A stretch of 32,000 nucleotides of DNA from Synechocystis sp. PCC 6803 substr. PCC-P (GTDB lineage Bacteria > Cyanobacteriota > Cyanobacteriia > Cyanobacteriales > Microcystaceae), in NCBI RefSeq assembly GCF_000284455.1, contig NC_017039.1, positions 1,410,001 through 1,442,000 of the forward strand. Direction: 5' to 3'. Below the pieces are notes generated by a model. That model made no database searches and was not told where the DNA came from. It saw only the letters and a list, made by a program, of their open reading frames with translations. Position 1 is the stretch's first letter. Each line of letters starts with the position of its first letter. Both the position numbers and the translations under genes were made by a program. This document shows positions 15,401-23,584 of this stretch, one piece after another.

Positions 15401-16679
15401 CAAGAAGAGTAGAGGGCGCAGCGCTGAGATTGTCTAGGGTATCCGCAATGATGTAGGTGAACCCTGCATTAAGGTTAGGCAGACTCAAGAGGTCCTCCGC
15501 CTGGGCAACGCTTAAAGGTACATCGGTGTTGTTTACGATTACCTCAGCGGCATTAACAATGGCCGGGGTGGAGAGGGCCGCCAAGATATTGGCAGAAGTA
15601 TCTTCCACAATGTAGGAAGGACCAACGGGAATACCCAGACCTTGTAAAAACGTCGCAGAAGCAACGCTTACGGGAACGTCAGGATCGGACAAAGTGATGG
15701 CAGTGGCGCCACCGGAAACTCCTGGGTCAGCAACAATATTCGCGGAGGTGTCTGCGATGGCATACACACCATCAAAATTACCGAGGGCGAGGAGTTGGGA
15801 CGCAGTGGCAACATCTACGATGTCGGTGATACCAACGCTAGCGGCACCAGATACGGCGGCACCACCAGCCAACACATCAGCGGCGGTGTCAAGGATATCC
15901 CAGGTCACACCGGCGGCCAGTTCGTCAGCGGTGGCTAGCAGTATATTTGCATCTTCCACGCTCAGGGGGGCAGCGGGGGACTGATTCGCAATGACATTAT
16001 TTGCCCCAGTCACAACGGGGTCGTCAGCACCAGCGATCAAGTTATCAGCAGTATCGCTAATGGTGTAAGCGGGGGGTAGGTTGGGGGTGGCTTGGGCCTG
16101 GGCAATGGTGAAGACGCTCAGGGAAGCCGCAATTTCCACAATCTGGGCTTCTGCCGCAAGCACACTCGCATTGGTATCATCAACCGTAGCAATGATGCCC
16201 GCAGCCTCGGCATACTGGGCTTCTGTAAATGTATTAACCCCTGCAGTGGACAGAGCTTCGGTGTAGGACAGGGAAACATCAGCTTTGTTGGTCAGCGCCT
16301 CGAGGCGATCGGTCAGACCAGCAGCGGCGGAAGCATTGTTCAGCGCGTTGGGGAAATCTAGATAGTTGTCGGGGGACAGGGACAACCAGTTAATCCAGTA
16401 GTCCAATTCCTCCGTGGGGACCAGGGAGGTATCGTTAATGTCAATGTTGTAGAGATTGGCAAAAACCTGGGCTACATACTGGCGTTTGTCAGCGGTTTGG
16501 GGCGCTTGGAAAAAGGGATACTTAATAGCTGCATCGGGGCTGCTGGCAAACAGGGCAACTGCTTCTGCATAGGTGATGTTTGCCCCATCTGTGGCCCACC
16601 AATTCAGATCACTGGCGGATACACCACGGCCGGTGTACATGATCTGTAGAGCCGCAATTACGTTAGGACTTAGTGCCAT
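12366..16679 (-). CDS. hlyA: N-terminal 1437-aa part of the RTX/S-layer protein (ends at a frameshift-induced TAA)
   Basis: It has many GGxGxDxUx nonapeptides (GGKGNDNLQGGEGDDIMSGGEGDDFF and others) and an N-terminal domain MALSPNVIAALQIMYTGRGVSASDLNWW. The stop is TAA at 12366-12368. Confidence 0.85.
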   Translation of the reverse strand: MALSPNVIAALQIMYTGRGVSASDLNWWATDGANITYAEAVALFASSPDAAIKYPFFQAPQTADKRQYVAQVFANLYNIDINDTSLVPTEELDYWINWLSLSPDNYLDFPNALNNASAAAGLTDRLEALTNKADVSLSYTEALSTAGVNTFTEAQYAEAAGIIATVDDTNASVLAAEAQIVEIAASLSVFTIAQAQATPNLPPAYTISDTADNLIAGADDPVVTGANNVIANQSPAAPLSVEDANILLATADELAAGVTWDILDTAADVLAGGAAVSGAASVGITDIVDVATASQLLALGNFDGVYAIADTSANIVADPGVSGGATAITLSDPDVPVSVASATFLQGLGIPVGPSYIVEDTSANILAALSTPAIVNAAEVIVNNTDVPLSVAQAEDLLSLPNLNAGFTYIIADTLDNLSAAPSTLLDGAVSYSLTNTNPDLGVITEAEAVIVNGATNASDFNFLVADVILTPQADIRSGNSFLSVAVVEGGSIFNTLNSNDRLTGTGEDPTLSLTWQEATFGNINTIFPVLDGIETLVATLIENDLTLVSNDFDVVGQGFITGLKNVAASGTKGGDLELINLQTALETVSVTNYFFGDDVSFSIADPELAGDNDLLLLTVDQVTEDGPDVTSIKISDFSGNGGYETLGLTSGVTTSSKGNTNTVDIEGIVAVESIGITGIENLTLSTSLIGSVVKVDATGSALIPEFEGREVFTGDLKAFFDDRPGGDITFLSGSGNDEISIARDAFTLSEDLKDVISKGHILDGGAGNDELTITGDAFSDTDAGHTVIGGEGNDSILLTGVAEGPIAGHVVNSFDLINEVGGAGDDDINISGDAIGDSAGHVVFGGAGEDDIFIGFDKTLAVSGNGAALGVDLAGHVVFAGDDDDTVRITGDSFTSDSANGSGHSVEGGTGDDLIEISGDALTADPDSETIANPFFDDSEPSDLDLFIAADQPIPTTEEQYQVLLAQLGLPADYNPRNFIRGVAAISGAHTVRGGEGNDVILFGPIAGEPGNGDGQHLAFGDEGDDFIEMTGIGSVEFNGGAGDDTLVGGDGDPILGFGNDILNGDEGNDFLFGGKGNDNLQGGEGDDIMSGGEGDDFFFVDAGFDVIEDLGDANSETGDQFQVSEDAEAEIRVVQDWEATGLTFNLGIATLTIENPGGGSVDLSASNVPPNTNGYTVIGNIGDDEIIGSRDDDSIFGGRGEDSIAGLGGDDIIEGNDDDDFISGDSLLLPLLPLEEILPFGNDDIDAGSGNDVIAGDLLVVTGDDIDLNLFNGGKDTIEAGLGSDITVGDWSIGAFGDIDLNASLERTAIGGDDTITTKQGDNGIVFPIGQVAIDNFLVGDLAAAVDGVGNDIFLTETLTVIGGDDTMTGADGLDVIVGDVGLFGFEFNDSEINLTNFKLGQVNGSTVSAGDDSITGEGGNDILVGDLFVGVINN

Positions 16680-17069
16680 AGGACTTCTTAAAACTCCTCA
16701 GTTTTTACGGTAAAAAATATACAAAACAGGGTTCATCTATGTGTGTCTCGGAGTTGCTTAGGGTAATCATAGCAAGAATCGCCTTGCTGTCAAGACTAGA
16801 AGCATACCGCTGTTAACACGATGAATCCTCGCACTTTTTCGACATTGTCTACTTGGCGAACAGTAGGACTTGTTCTAGTCCACCCAACGAGGCAAGCCCA
16901 TGGGGATCGTCTAGAATCGCTACTCCAGGCAAATTATAGCCTACGAATAAGAAAATGCAGAGATATTTTCCCCAGCATCGCTCAAAAATCCAGAATGACT
17001 ATATTAAGCGGGGCAAGAATTCACCTTTGTTAAGCTCCCTTACTTTCGTAATTAAGGCTCCGGCTAGGT

Positions 17070-17212
17070 AAAGTTGAGTTTTGACTGTTTAATCCCCCCT
17101 AGCCCCCCTTGGGAAGGGGGGAACTGTCACAAAAGCCCTCCGCCAGAGCTTTAGTGGGTTGATTTAGGGGGATGAACACCTAGCTTTGCACTTTTCAGAC
17201 ACTTTCTAGAGG
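17070..17212 (+). repeat. MITE-like dispersed repeat, full copy 2
   Basis: It aligns with copies 1 and 3. The core is at 17089..17126, with an 8-bp stem CCCCCCTT-GGG-AAGGGGGG. It ends 12 nt from the stop codon of the minus-strand gene 17224..17958. Confidence 0.8.
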
Positions 17213-17223
17213 AAAGGGAAAAG

Positions 17224-17958
17224 CTAGTAGTACCAGTTTGGAACTAGGCCGGCGGCGGTGTTAATGAAAATGCAATCCAGAGTGGTCAACTCCCCCTGGG
17301 GACCACGGTAGGGCTCAGAAACGTCCCAAAGGCGAAAGTTGAATGGCAACAACCAATGGGCAATCTCCGTTAACAGGGGGGTTTTGGGACCGTAACCCCG
17401 ATAGAGCCAGCACTCCAGAAATAAAACATCAACTTTGGCTAATGTTTGGGCTGCTCCCCGGAGGATGGACAATTCATTGCCCTGGGTGTCGATTTTAATC
17501 ACCTGGGGTTGGGGCAAGCCAAGCTTGACCAGGGCCGAATCCAACGTGAGCAGGGGAACTTGAACAGCATTGATGGAGGGACCACCTTCCGTCATGGGTA
17601 AAGTGGTGCTACTGGCGGGGTCGTCAAAAACATTAACCGTTATGGTGCCATCCCGATCGCCGAGGGCGTATTTGTATAGATGGAAGGAAGGATAAACCCG
17701 TAACGTTTCCTCCATCAGACCTTGATAATCCGGCACATGGTCCACCAAGGGCTCGAACAAATAGAAGTCTGCCTCCGTTACCACCTGCTTTATATAGTAA
17801 GACCAACCACTGTTGGAAGCGCCCACATCGAAAATCACCTGGGGTTGGTAGCCCAATCGGGCCAAGCGTCGGAACACCTGACGGTCTAGCTGGAGAACCT
17901 GGCCATCTAGATCGTCGAGCATTTTTTGGTAATGGGGGGAAAGGCTGGGGGAAGACAT
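17224..17958 (-). CDS. FkbM-family SAM-dependent methyltransferase
   Basis: 244 aa. It has the FDVGASNSGWS motif (Methyltransf_21/FkbM-type FDVGAN.G) and a downstream DTQGNELSIL block typical of the family. Confidence 0.7.
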   Translation of the reverse strand: MSSPSLSPHYQKMLDDLDGQVLQLDRQVFRRLARLGYQPQVIFDVGASNSGWSYYIKQVVTEADFYLFEPLVDHVPDYQGLMEETLRVYPSFHLYKYALGDRDGTITVNVFDDPASSTTLPMTEGGPSINAVQVPLLTLDSALVKLGLPQPQVIKIDTQGNELSILRGAAQTLAKVDVLFLECWLYRGYGPKTPLLTEIAHWLLPFNFRLWDVSEPYRGPQGELTTLDCIFINTAAGLVPNWYY

Positions 17959-18212
17959 TATTCAACTGTAGGCGAAGGGAGCAAGCTGGCCCAGGGCCCC
18001 ATGACAATTAAAACCAATCTTTCCACTATGGAGCAGGCAAAGTGCTACTCCCAGATCACCTAGAACGTGGCGTGATTGTTCCGAGAAGGTTGATAAAAAC
18101 CGATCTCAACAGCGCAGGGAAATGGACTAGTAAAAATTATGTGTCTACAAATTGCCCCGGCTTTTATGTTTAGCTTTGCTGACCACCAACTCAGTTTTTA
18201 GAGCCTGTTTGG

Positions 18213-18362
18213 AAAGTTGAGTTTTGGCTGTTTAATCCCTCCTAGCCTCCCTTGGGAGGGGGGGAACTGTCACAAAAGTCCCCTTTTTTAAGCCGGAGCT
18301 CTAGTGAGGAGATTCAAGGGGATAAATATCTAGCCTTGCATTTTTCAAATACTTTCTTAGGA
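18213..18362 (+). repeat. MITE-like dispersed repeat, full copy 3
   Basis: It aligns with copies 1 and 2. The core is at 18232..18269. The terminal ACTTTCTTAG overlaps the stop codon (18357-18359) of the minus-strand lipoprotein gene. The ends are short and imperfectly inverted: GGAAAGT (18211-18217) and ACTTTCT (18351-18357). Confidence 0.8.
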
Positions 18363-19100
18363 GTCAGATGGGGGAATCGGCAATACTGGCGGTGTAAGGG
18401 GGGGTAAAGCTGGAGCGCCGACATCACGGGTTACGGACTCGCCATACTGTTCCAGCACAATGTTTGAATTTTCCCCCATGACGTTGATGGATTGCACCCT
18501 AACATTGCCACCGGACAGGCGATCGCCAACGGTTACGTTACGGGCTACGGGTTCCCCAGGGGCTTGGACAATGGCATAGGGACGACTGCCGATTTCGATA
18601 ACACCGGAAACCACCACAGCCCTAGCATCATCGGGATAAAGTCTGGGCGGCTCCGAATTTGGAAAGATTGAGCTGCCATTTTGTTGCCCAGGCTCACCTG
18701 TGATGCCATTGACTCCTGTTTGTCCATCACTGCTGGCAACGTTGCCGCTATTTTCTCCTCCATTCGACGCCCCATCTGTTGCTTTGCTCCCATCAGCGGT
18801 AGATCCCGGGCTTGTAACCTTTGCTTCAACTGGGATCAAGGCGAAAGGATTTGGCCGACCAGCCTGGATTTCCCTCAAACGTTGATCCGGCAATACGGGG
18901 GGAATTAACCCCAGGGCGGCGATATCCACCGGGGGCAGGGGCCGAACGGCGGTCAGGGGCACTTCCGGGGGAGCTGTTTCTTGATTCTCGACGGAAACAT
19001 CGGTTTCTTCACCACTGCCACCGCCGGGGAGAAATCCACATCCACCGCTGAACATCAGCAGGGAGACAGTTAAAAGGGAGAACAGAGATCGCTTCTTCAT
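18357..19100 (-). CDS. secreted lipoprotein, possibly PilP/GspC-HR-like
   Basis: 247 aa. It has a signal peptide with a lipobox (LLMFSGGC). A Pro-rich segment contains GRPNPF (compare the RDPF motif of PilP), and a Gly/Ser/Asn-rich linker follows. The C-terminal beta-rich domain is VVVSGVIEIGSRPYAIVQAPGEPVARNVTVGDRLSGGNVRVQSINVMGENSNIVLEQ. The family assignment rests on motif resemblance only. Confidence 0.6.
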   Translation of the reverse strand: MKKRSLFSLLTVSLLMFSGGCGFLPGGGSGEETDVSVENQETAPPEVPLTAVRPLPPVDIAALGLIPPVLPDQRLREIQAGRPNPFALIPVEAKVTSPGSTADGSKATDGASNGGENSGNVASSDGQTGVNGITGEPGQQNGSSIFPNSEPPRLYPDDARAVVVSGVIEIGSRPYAIVQAPGEPVARNVTVGDRLSGGNVRVQSINVMGENSNIVLEQYGESVTRDVGAPALPPLTPPVLPIPPSDS

Positions 19101-19446
19101 TATTGGAATCGCTGCAACACAGCCGAAAATACGAAGGGAGGCGGAGGAGTGGAAGTCTAAATTCGGGGAAATCTGGATTTAACCATTACTTTCCCCTCTA
19201 ATCTTACAGCCTCCCCCAAAAATGCCAAGGGATTAAAGTAAATTCTGCTGGCGATCGTCAAGAAATATTACAAACTGTTACGGGGGCAGTGTAATCAGGA
19301 ACGCAATGCCTGAGAATGGTTTGGGCAGGTTGCTCGCTGGAGTCCGCTGGTTAACGGCATTGTCCAGTTCGTGACTGCGCCTCGGTTGATAAAATCAGCT
19401 TAAAGCCTTTTTTTAACGTTTTAAATCTTTACGGAGGAATCCATCC

Positions 19447-19932
19447 ATGAGTATCGTCACGAAATCAATCGTGAATGCTGATGCAGAAGCCCGCTACCTG
19501 AGCCCCGGCGAACTGGATCGTATTAAAGCTTTTGTTACCGGCGGTGCCGCCCGTCTTCGCATTGCTGAAACCCTAACTGGTTCTCGGGAAACCATCGTTA
19601 AACAAGCTGGCGATCGCCTTTTCCAAAAACGTCCTGACATCGTTTCCCCCGGCGGCAATGCCTACGGTGAAGAAATGACCGCCACCTGCTTGCGCGACAT
19701 GGACTACTACCTCCGTCTCGTCACCTACGGTGTGGTTTCCGGTGACGTTACCCCCATCGAAGAAATCGGTCTAGTGGGCGTACGGGAAATGTATCGTTCC
19801 CTCGGCACCCCCATCGAAGCCGTTGCTCAAAGTGTCCGGGAAATGAAAGAAGTTGCTTCCGGTTTGATGTCCTCCGATGATGCCGCCGAAGCCTCTGCCT
19901 ACTTTGACTTCGTTATCGGAAAAATGAGCTAG
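19447..19932 (+). CDS. apcA: allophycocyanin alpha subunit
   Basis: 161 aa, [26 protein letters not shown]. The chromophore Cys block is [19 protein letters not shown] Shine-Dalgarno sequence lies upstream. Confidence 0.97.
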
Positions 19933-20027
19933 GTCTGTGTACCCAAGCTTATTAAAGTGTTGAGCTTAATTATTCAACCCTTTTAGCAAATTTTCCCCAT
20001 TGAGTAAGATTTAAGGAAACCAAAACT

Positions 20028-20513
20028 ATGCAAGACGCAATTACGGCTGTAATCAACTCTGCTGACGTTCAAGGTAAGTACCTCGACGGTGCTGCCATGG
20101 ACAAACTGAAAAGCTACTTCGCCAGCGGTGAACTGCGGGTGCGGGCTGCCAGTGTAATCAGCGCCAACGCCGCCACCATCGTTAAAGAAGCTGTGGCCAA
20201 ATCCCTGTTGTACTCCGACGTCACCCGTCCCGGCGGCAACATGTACACCACCCGTCGCTATGCGGCTTGTATCCGTGACTTGGACTACTACCTCCGCTAT
20301 GCCACCTATGCCATGTTGGCCGGTGATGCTTCCATTCTCGATGAGCGCGTACTCAACGGTTTGAAAGAAACCTACAACTCCCTCGGTGTACCCATCTCTT
20401 CCACCGTTCAAGCTATCCAAGCCATCAAAGAAGTTACCGCTAGCTTGGTTGGTGCTGATGCCGGCAAAGAAATGGGCGTTTACCTCGACTACATCTGCTC
20501 TGGCTTGAGCTAG
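20028..20513 (+). CDS. apcB: allophycocyanin beta subunit
   Basis: 161 aa, [20 protein letters not shown]. The chromophore Cys block is [13 protein letters not shown]. Confidence 0.97.
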   Translation: MQDAITAVINSADVQGKYLDGAAMDKLKSYFASGELRVRAASVISANAATIVKEAVAKSLLYSDVTRPGGNMYTTRRYAACIRDLDYYLRYATYAMLAGDASILDERVLNGLKETYNSLGVPISSTVQAIQAIKEVTASLVGADAGKEMGVYLDYICSGLS

Positions 20514-20725
20514 TCCTGGATTCCCGTGGGTGATGCTGCCTTGGTTGATTTGCAACTTAGCCAGTAGCCCCTCTGTTGGAACGGGAAGTCGAAAGTGAGT
20601 GCTGGGGCCGTTAAAGCCACCACCGGGATAGCCGGGGTTTTAGCTGACCGGTATTGACTTCTGACTCCCGTTCTGTCGCATATGCCAACTTTTTAAGAGA
20701 AAACGTTTTAGGAGAGCCACACCCC

Positions 20726-20929
20726 ATGCGGATGTTTAGAATTACGGCTTGTGTTCCTAGCCAAACCCGGATTCGGACACAACGGGAATTACAAAATACC
20801 TATTTTACGAAGTTGGTGCCCTATGACAATTGGTTTCGTGAGCAACAGCGCATCATGAAAATGGGCGGCAAAATTGTGAAAGTCGAATTAGCCACTGGCC
20901 GTCCCGGCACCAATGCTGGTCTAGCCTAA
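20726..20929 (+). CDS. apcC: phycobilisome core linker LC7.8 (CpcD-like domain)
   Basis: 67 aa from ATG 20726 (MRMFRITACVPSQTRIRTQRELQNTYFTKLVPYDNWFREQQRIMKMGGKIVKVELATG), with AGGAGAG at 20710-20716. The ORF-track start at TTG 20654 is probably spurious. Confidence 0.9.
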   Translation: MRMFRITACVPSQTRIRTQRELQNTYFTKLVPYDNWFREQQRIMKMGGKIVKVELATGRPGTNAGLA

Positions 20930-20992
20930 GCTTGAGACTAGTTGTTGCTAATTTAGCAATGTTGAATGGCAATTTTATGAATCAATTTTTTC

Positions 20993-21017
20993 GAGGTCAG
21001 CAATGGCCTCTTTTTTT
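20993..21017 (+). terminator. Rho-independent terminator of the apcABC operon
   Basis: GAGGT-CAGCAATG-GCCTC hairpin followed by TTTTTTT (21011-21017). It lies between the convergent apcC and prmA genes. Confidence 0.55.
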
Positions 21018-21023
21018 GTTTGG

Positions 21024-21926
21024 TTAATCTCCCTCTTCCCTTCTGGCCTGAAAGCAACACCATTCCTGCCGTTTCCATATAGCGACCACCGTCCAACCGT
21101 TTTGCTCCAGCGCATCGGCGATCGCCTGACTTTGTTCCACCATAATACCGCTGAGAATAGCCCAGCCATGGGGTTTGACTAGAGGGGTGAATTGGGGCAG
21201 TAAATCCACAATTACCTCCGCCAAAATATTGCAAATAATGCCGTCCACCGGCTCAGCAATTAACTGTTCCAATTCCGGCACACTGCCCTCATTGATGACC
21301 AAATTATCGGGGTGAATTTGGTTCAGATGACGATTATGACGGGCTGATTCCACCGTTAGGGGATCATTATCCACTCCATAAACCTTGGCTGCCCCTAATA
21401 AAACCGCTCCAATGCCTAAAATACCGGAACCACAACCTAGATCCGCCAGAACTTGATGTTTGTCTGGCTCCACCCGCATTTCCAAGGATTCTAAACAAAG
21501 CTGGGTGGTGGCATGGGTGCCGGTGCCAAAGGCCACACCAGGATCTAGGCGGAGAATCAGCCGATCCGAATTTTCCGGAGGATCAATCCAGGCCGGATAG
21601 ATGATAAACCGATCGCCAACGGGGGTGGGTTGCCAATGCTCTTTCCAGCTAATGGACCAATCTTCTTCGTCAATTAATTGCCAATGGAAGCGGGGCTTGG
21701 GCACCTGGAACAGTAATGCGTCCTGCTCACACCAGAGGGCTAGGGCGGCCAAGTCGAGAATTTCAGCCTTTTCCTGGGGTAAATAGCCACGGACAAGCAG
21801 GGAGTGGGCCTTTTTTTCGGTGGAGGTGCCTAAACAACCGAACTTTTCCAGCCGCCAAAAAGCAGTTTCTTCCAGGGAAGGATGGCAAAGTATTCTAATT
21901 TCCCACCAACTATTAGCCGCAGCCAT
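21024..21926 (-). CDS. prmA: ribosomal protein L11 methyltransferase
   Basis: It has the SAM-binding block [21 protein letters not shown] and PrmA-type N-terminal and central regions ([20 protein letters not shown]). I chose the ATG at 21926 ([12 protein letters not shown]), which is preceded by AAGGGAGAA. The frame is open to TTG 21950. Confidence 0.85.
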   Translation of the reverse strand: MAAANSWWEIRILCHPSLEETAFWRLEKFGCLGTSTEKKAHSLLVRGYLPQEKAEILDLAALALWCEQDALLFQVPKPRFHWQLIDEEDWSISWKEHWQPTPVGDRFIIYPAWIDPPENSDRLILRLDPGVAFGTGTHATTQLCLESLEMRVEPDKHQVLADLGCGSGILGIGAVLLGAAKVYGVDNDPLTVESARHNRHLNQIHPDNLVINEGSVPELEQLIAEPVDGIICNILAEVIVDLLPQFTPLVKPHGWAILSGIMVEQSQAIADALEQNGWTVVAIWKRQEWCCFQARREEGD

Positions 21927-22003
21927 CGATTTCTCCCTTATGTGCGCCAACGGTAGGGAAGATTAATTCCTCCCCCCATTGACTTGGACCCTTGGTGAGC
22001 TAA

Positions 22004-23584
22004 TTAGAGCTTAACGGTGTAGGCATCCCGGATACCGGCCACCTTGGTGATTTCCGACAGCAGACCATCGGGCAGAGGATCATCCAAGCTCAGGGCCATA
22101 ATTGCATCGCCCCGGACAATTTTGCGCCCCACCTGCATGCTGGCGATGTTGACGTTAAAGCTACCCAGCAGGGAACCAATTTTACCAATGATACCCGGCA
22201 TATCCCGGTGCAAGGTGAACAACATATAGTTGTTGGGGGGAACGTTAATGGGAAACTCATCCACGTCGGTAATGCGAATTTCACCATTACTCAACAGGGC
22301 CCCGGTGGCGGAATGTTCTCCCATGGTGCCGGTGGCTTTGAGGTGCAAAGAGCCAGAATAGTCCCGCACGGAAGCATCTTTAGTTTCAATGACCCGGATG
22401 CCCCGTTCCTTGGCTTCGATCGCCGCATTGACGTAATTAACCCGTTCCCGCAGAGCTTGGGAGAGCAAACCTTTAATGGCCGCCACCACCAGGGGTTGAC
22501 TATTGGTATATTCCGCCAAATCTCCCTGTAAGCAAACCGTTAGGCGATCGATGCGGCCGCCGGCCAATTGACCCACTAAAGTACCGAGGGTTTCCGCCAG
22601 CTTCAGGTAGGGACGCAATTTTTCCATTACATCGGGGGTTAAACCGGGAATATTCACCGCTGAACGGGCCGGCAAACCAAGCAACACATCCCGAATTTGT
22701 TCCGCCACATCCACCGCCACATTTACCTGGGCTTCTTCAGTGGAAGCACCCAAATGGGGGGTTAAAATCACATTGCTAAATTCCCGCAGCCGAGATTCCC
22801 CTAGGGGTTCCTGGGCAAACACATCCAGGGCAGCCCCACCAATCTGGGCCGTTTCAATGGCTGTTACCAAAGCTTCTTCATCAATAATGCCTCCCCGGGA
22901 ACAGTTGATAATCCGGGCAGTGGGCTTCATTTTAGCCAGGGTTTCAGCATTGATTAGGTTGGCGGTTTCCGGTGTTTTGGGAATGTGTAGAGTGATAAAG
23001 TCGGCTTCACTGAAGAGCAGATCTAAGTCCACCAAAGTGCAACCAATTTGGTCGGCCCGTTCCTGGGAAATAAACGGATCGTAAGCTAACAATTTCATCC
23101 CCATGGCTTTGGCCACACCGGCCACGTGGGAACCAATTTTCCCCAGCCCCACTACACCTAAAGTTTTCTTATAAACTTCCGTACCAATAAATTGTTTCCG
23201 TTCCCACTTACTTTCCTTAACGGATTTGTTGGCATCGGGGATGTGGCGGGCCAGGGCCATCATCATCGCTAGAGCATGTTCCGCCGCCGCAATGGTGTTA
23301 CCCTCGGGGGAATTGACCACCACAATGCCCTGACGGGTGGCCGCCGGCACATCAATGTTATCCACCCCAACCCCAGCCCGACCAATGATTTTTAACTGGC
23401 TACCCGCTTGGATAATTTTCTCCGTCACCTTGGTGGCAGAGCGCAACATAATGGCATCGTACTCAGGAACAATGTCTATAATTTCTGCTTCCGATAGCCC
23501 AGTTTTGACGTCAACTTGGGCCACTTGTTTGAGAATATCAATGCCGACTTGGTCAATGGAGTCAGAAACTAAAACTTTAGCCAT
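22004..23584 (-). CDS. serA: D-3-phosphoglycerate dehydrogenase with C-terminal ACT domain
   Basis: It has the NAD-binding GVVGLGKIGSHVA and the catalytic region RGGIIDEEAL...TPHLGAST, plus a C-terminal ACT-like domain. The conserved start is MAKVLVSD at ATG 23584. The ORF is open to 23668, giving a 554-aa alternative. Confidence 0.9.
   Translation of the reverse strand: MAKVLVSDSIDQVGIDILKQVAQVDVKTGLSEAEIIDIVPEYDAIMLRSATKVTEKIIQAGSQLKIIGRAGVGVDNIDVPAATRQGIVVVNSPEGNTIAAAEHALAMMMALARHIPDANKSVKESKWERKQFIGTEVYKKTLGVVGLGKIGSHVAGVAKAMGMKLLAYDPFISQERADQIGCTLVDLDLLFSEADFITLHIPKTPETANLINAETLAKMKPTARIINCSRGGIIDEEALVTAIETAQIGGAALDVFAQEPLGESRLREFSNVILTPHLGASTEEAQVNVAVDVAEQIRDVLLGLPARSAVNIPGLTPDVMEKLRPYLKLAETLGTLVGQLAGGRIDRLTVCLQGDLAEYTNSQPLVVAAIKGLLSQALRERVNYVNAAIEAKERGIRVIETKDASVRDYSGSLHLKATGTMGEHSATGALLSNGEIRITDVDEFPINVPPNNYMLFTLHRDMPGIIGKIGSLLGSFNVNIASMQVGRKIVRGDAIMALSLDDPLPDGLLSEITKVAGIRDAYTVKL

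Larger units (their letters stand above)
11453..16679 (-). pseudogene. hlyA: RTX-type hemolysin-like / S-layer protein gene interrupted by an apparent +1 bp frameshift
   Basis: Two same-strand ORFs (12366..16679 and 11453..12463) overlap by 98 nt in different frames, and RTX repeats continue across the junction. The span is 5227 nt. 5226 nt would encode 1741 aa plus a stop, which matches my memory of the intact sll1951 product length. Confidence 0.75.

Noticed and set aside
11568-16361. Many plus-strand and alternative-frame ORFs (for example 11568..12035, 12718..13152, 13269..13769, 14397..14831, 15694..15984) inside hlyA
   Set aside because: They are by-products of the repetitive, stop-poor RTX coding sequence. 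Their translations are low-complexity S/P/T-rich strings, and the minus-strand RTX frame explains the region.
16821-17033. 70-aa plus-strand ORF in the hlyA upstream region
   Set aside because: It has no motifs and lies where the hlyA promoter and 5' leader are expected on the opposite strand. There is no supporting signal.
17633-18007. 124-aa ORF overlapping the 5' part of the FkbM methyltransferase gene in another frame
   Set aside because: Its Pro/Gly/Arg-rich translation is typical of an off-frame read of a GC-richer gene. The FkbM frame carries the family motifs.
19983-20555. 190-aa ORF antisense to apcB
   Set aside because: It completely overlaps the unmistakable apcB coding sequence on the opposite strand. 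Its translation is Gly/Val-rich with no recognisable motifs, which is typical of an antisense shadow ORF.
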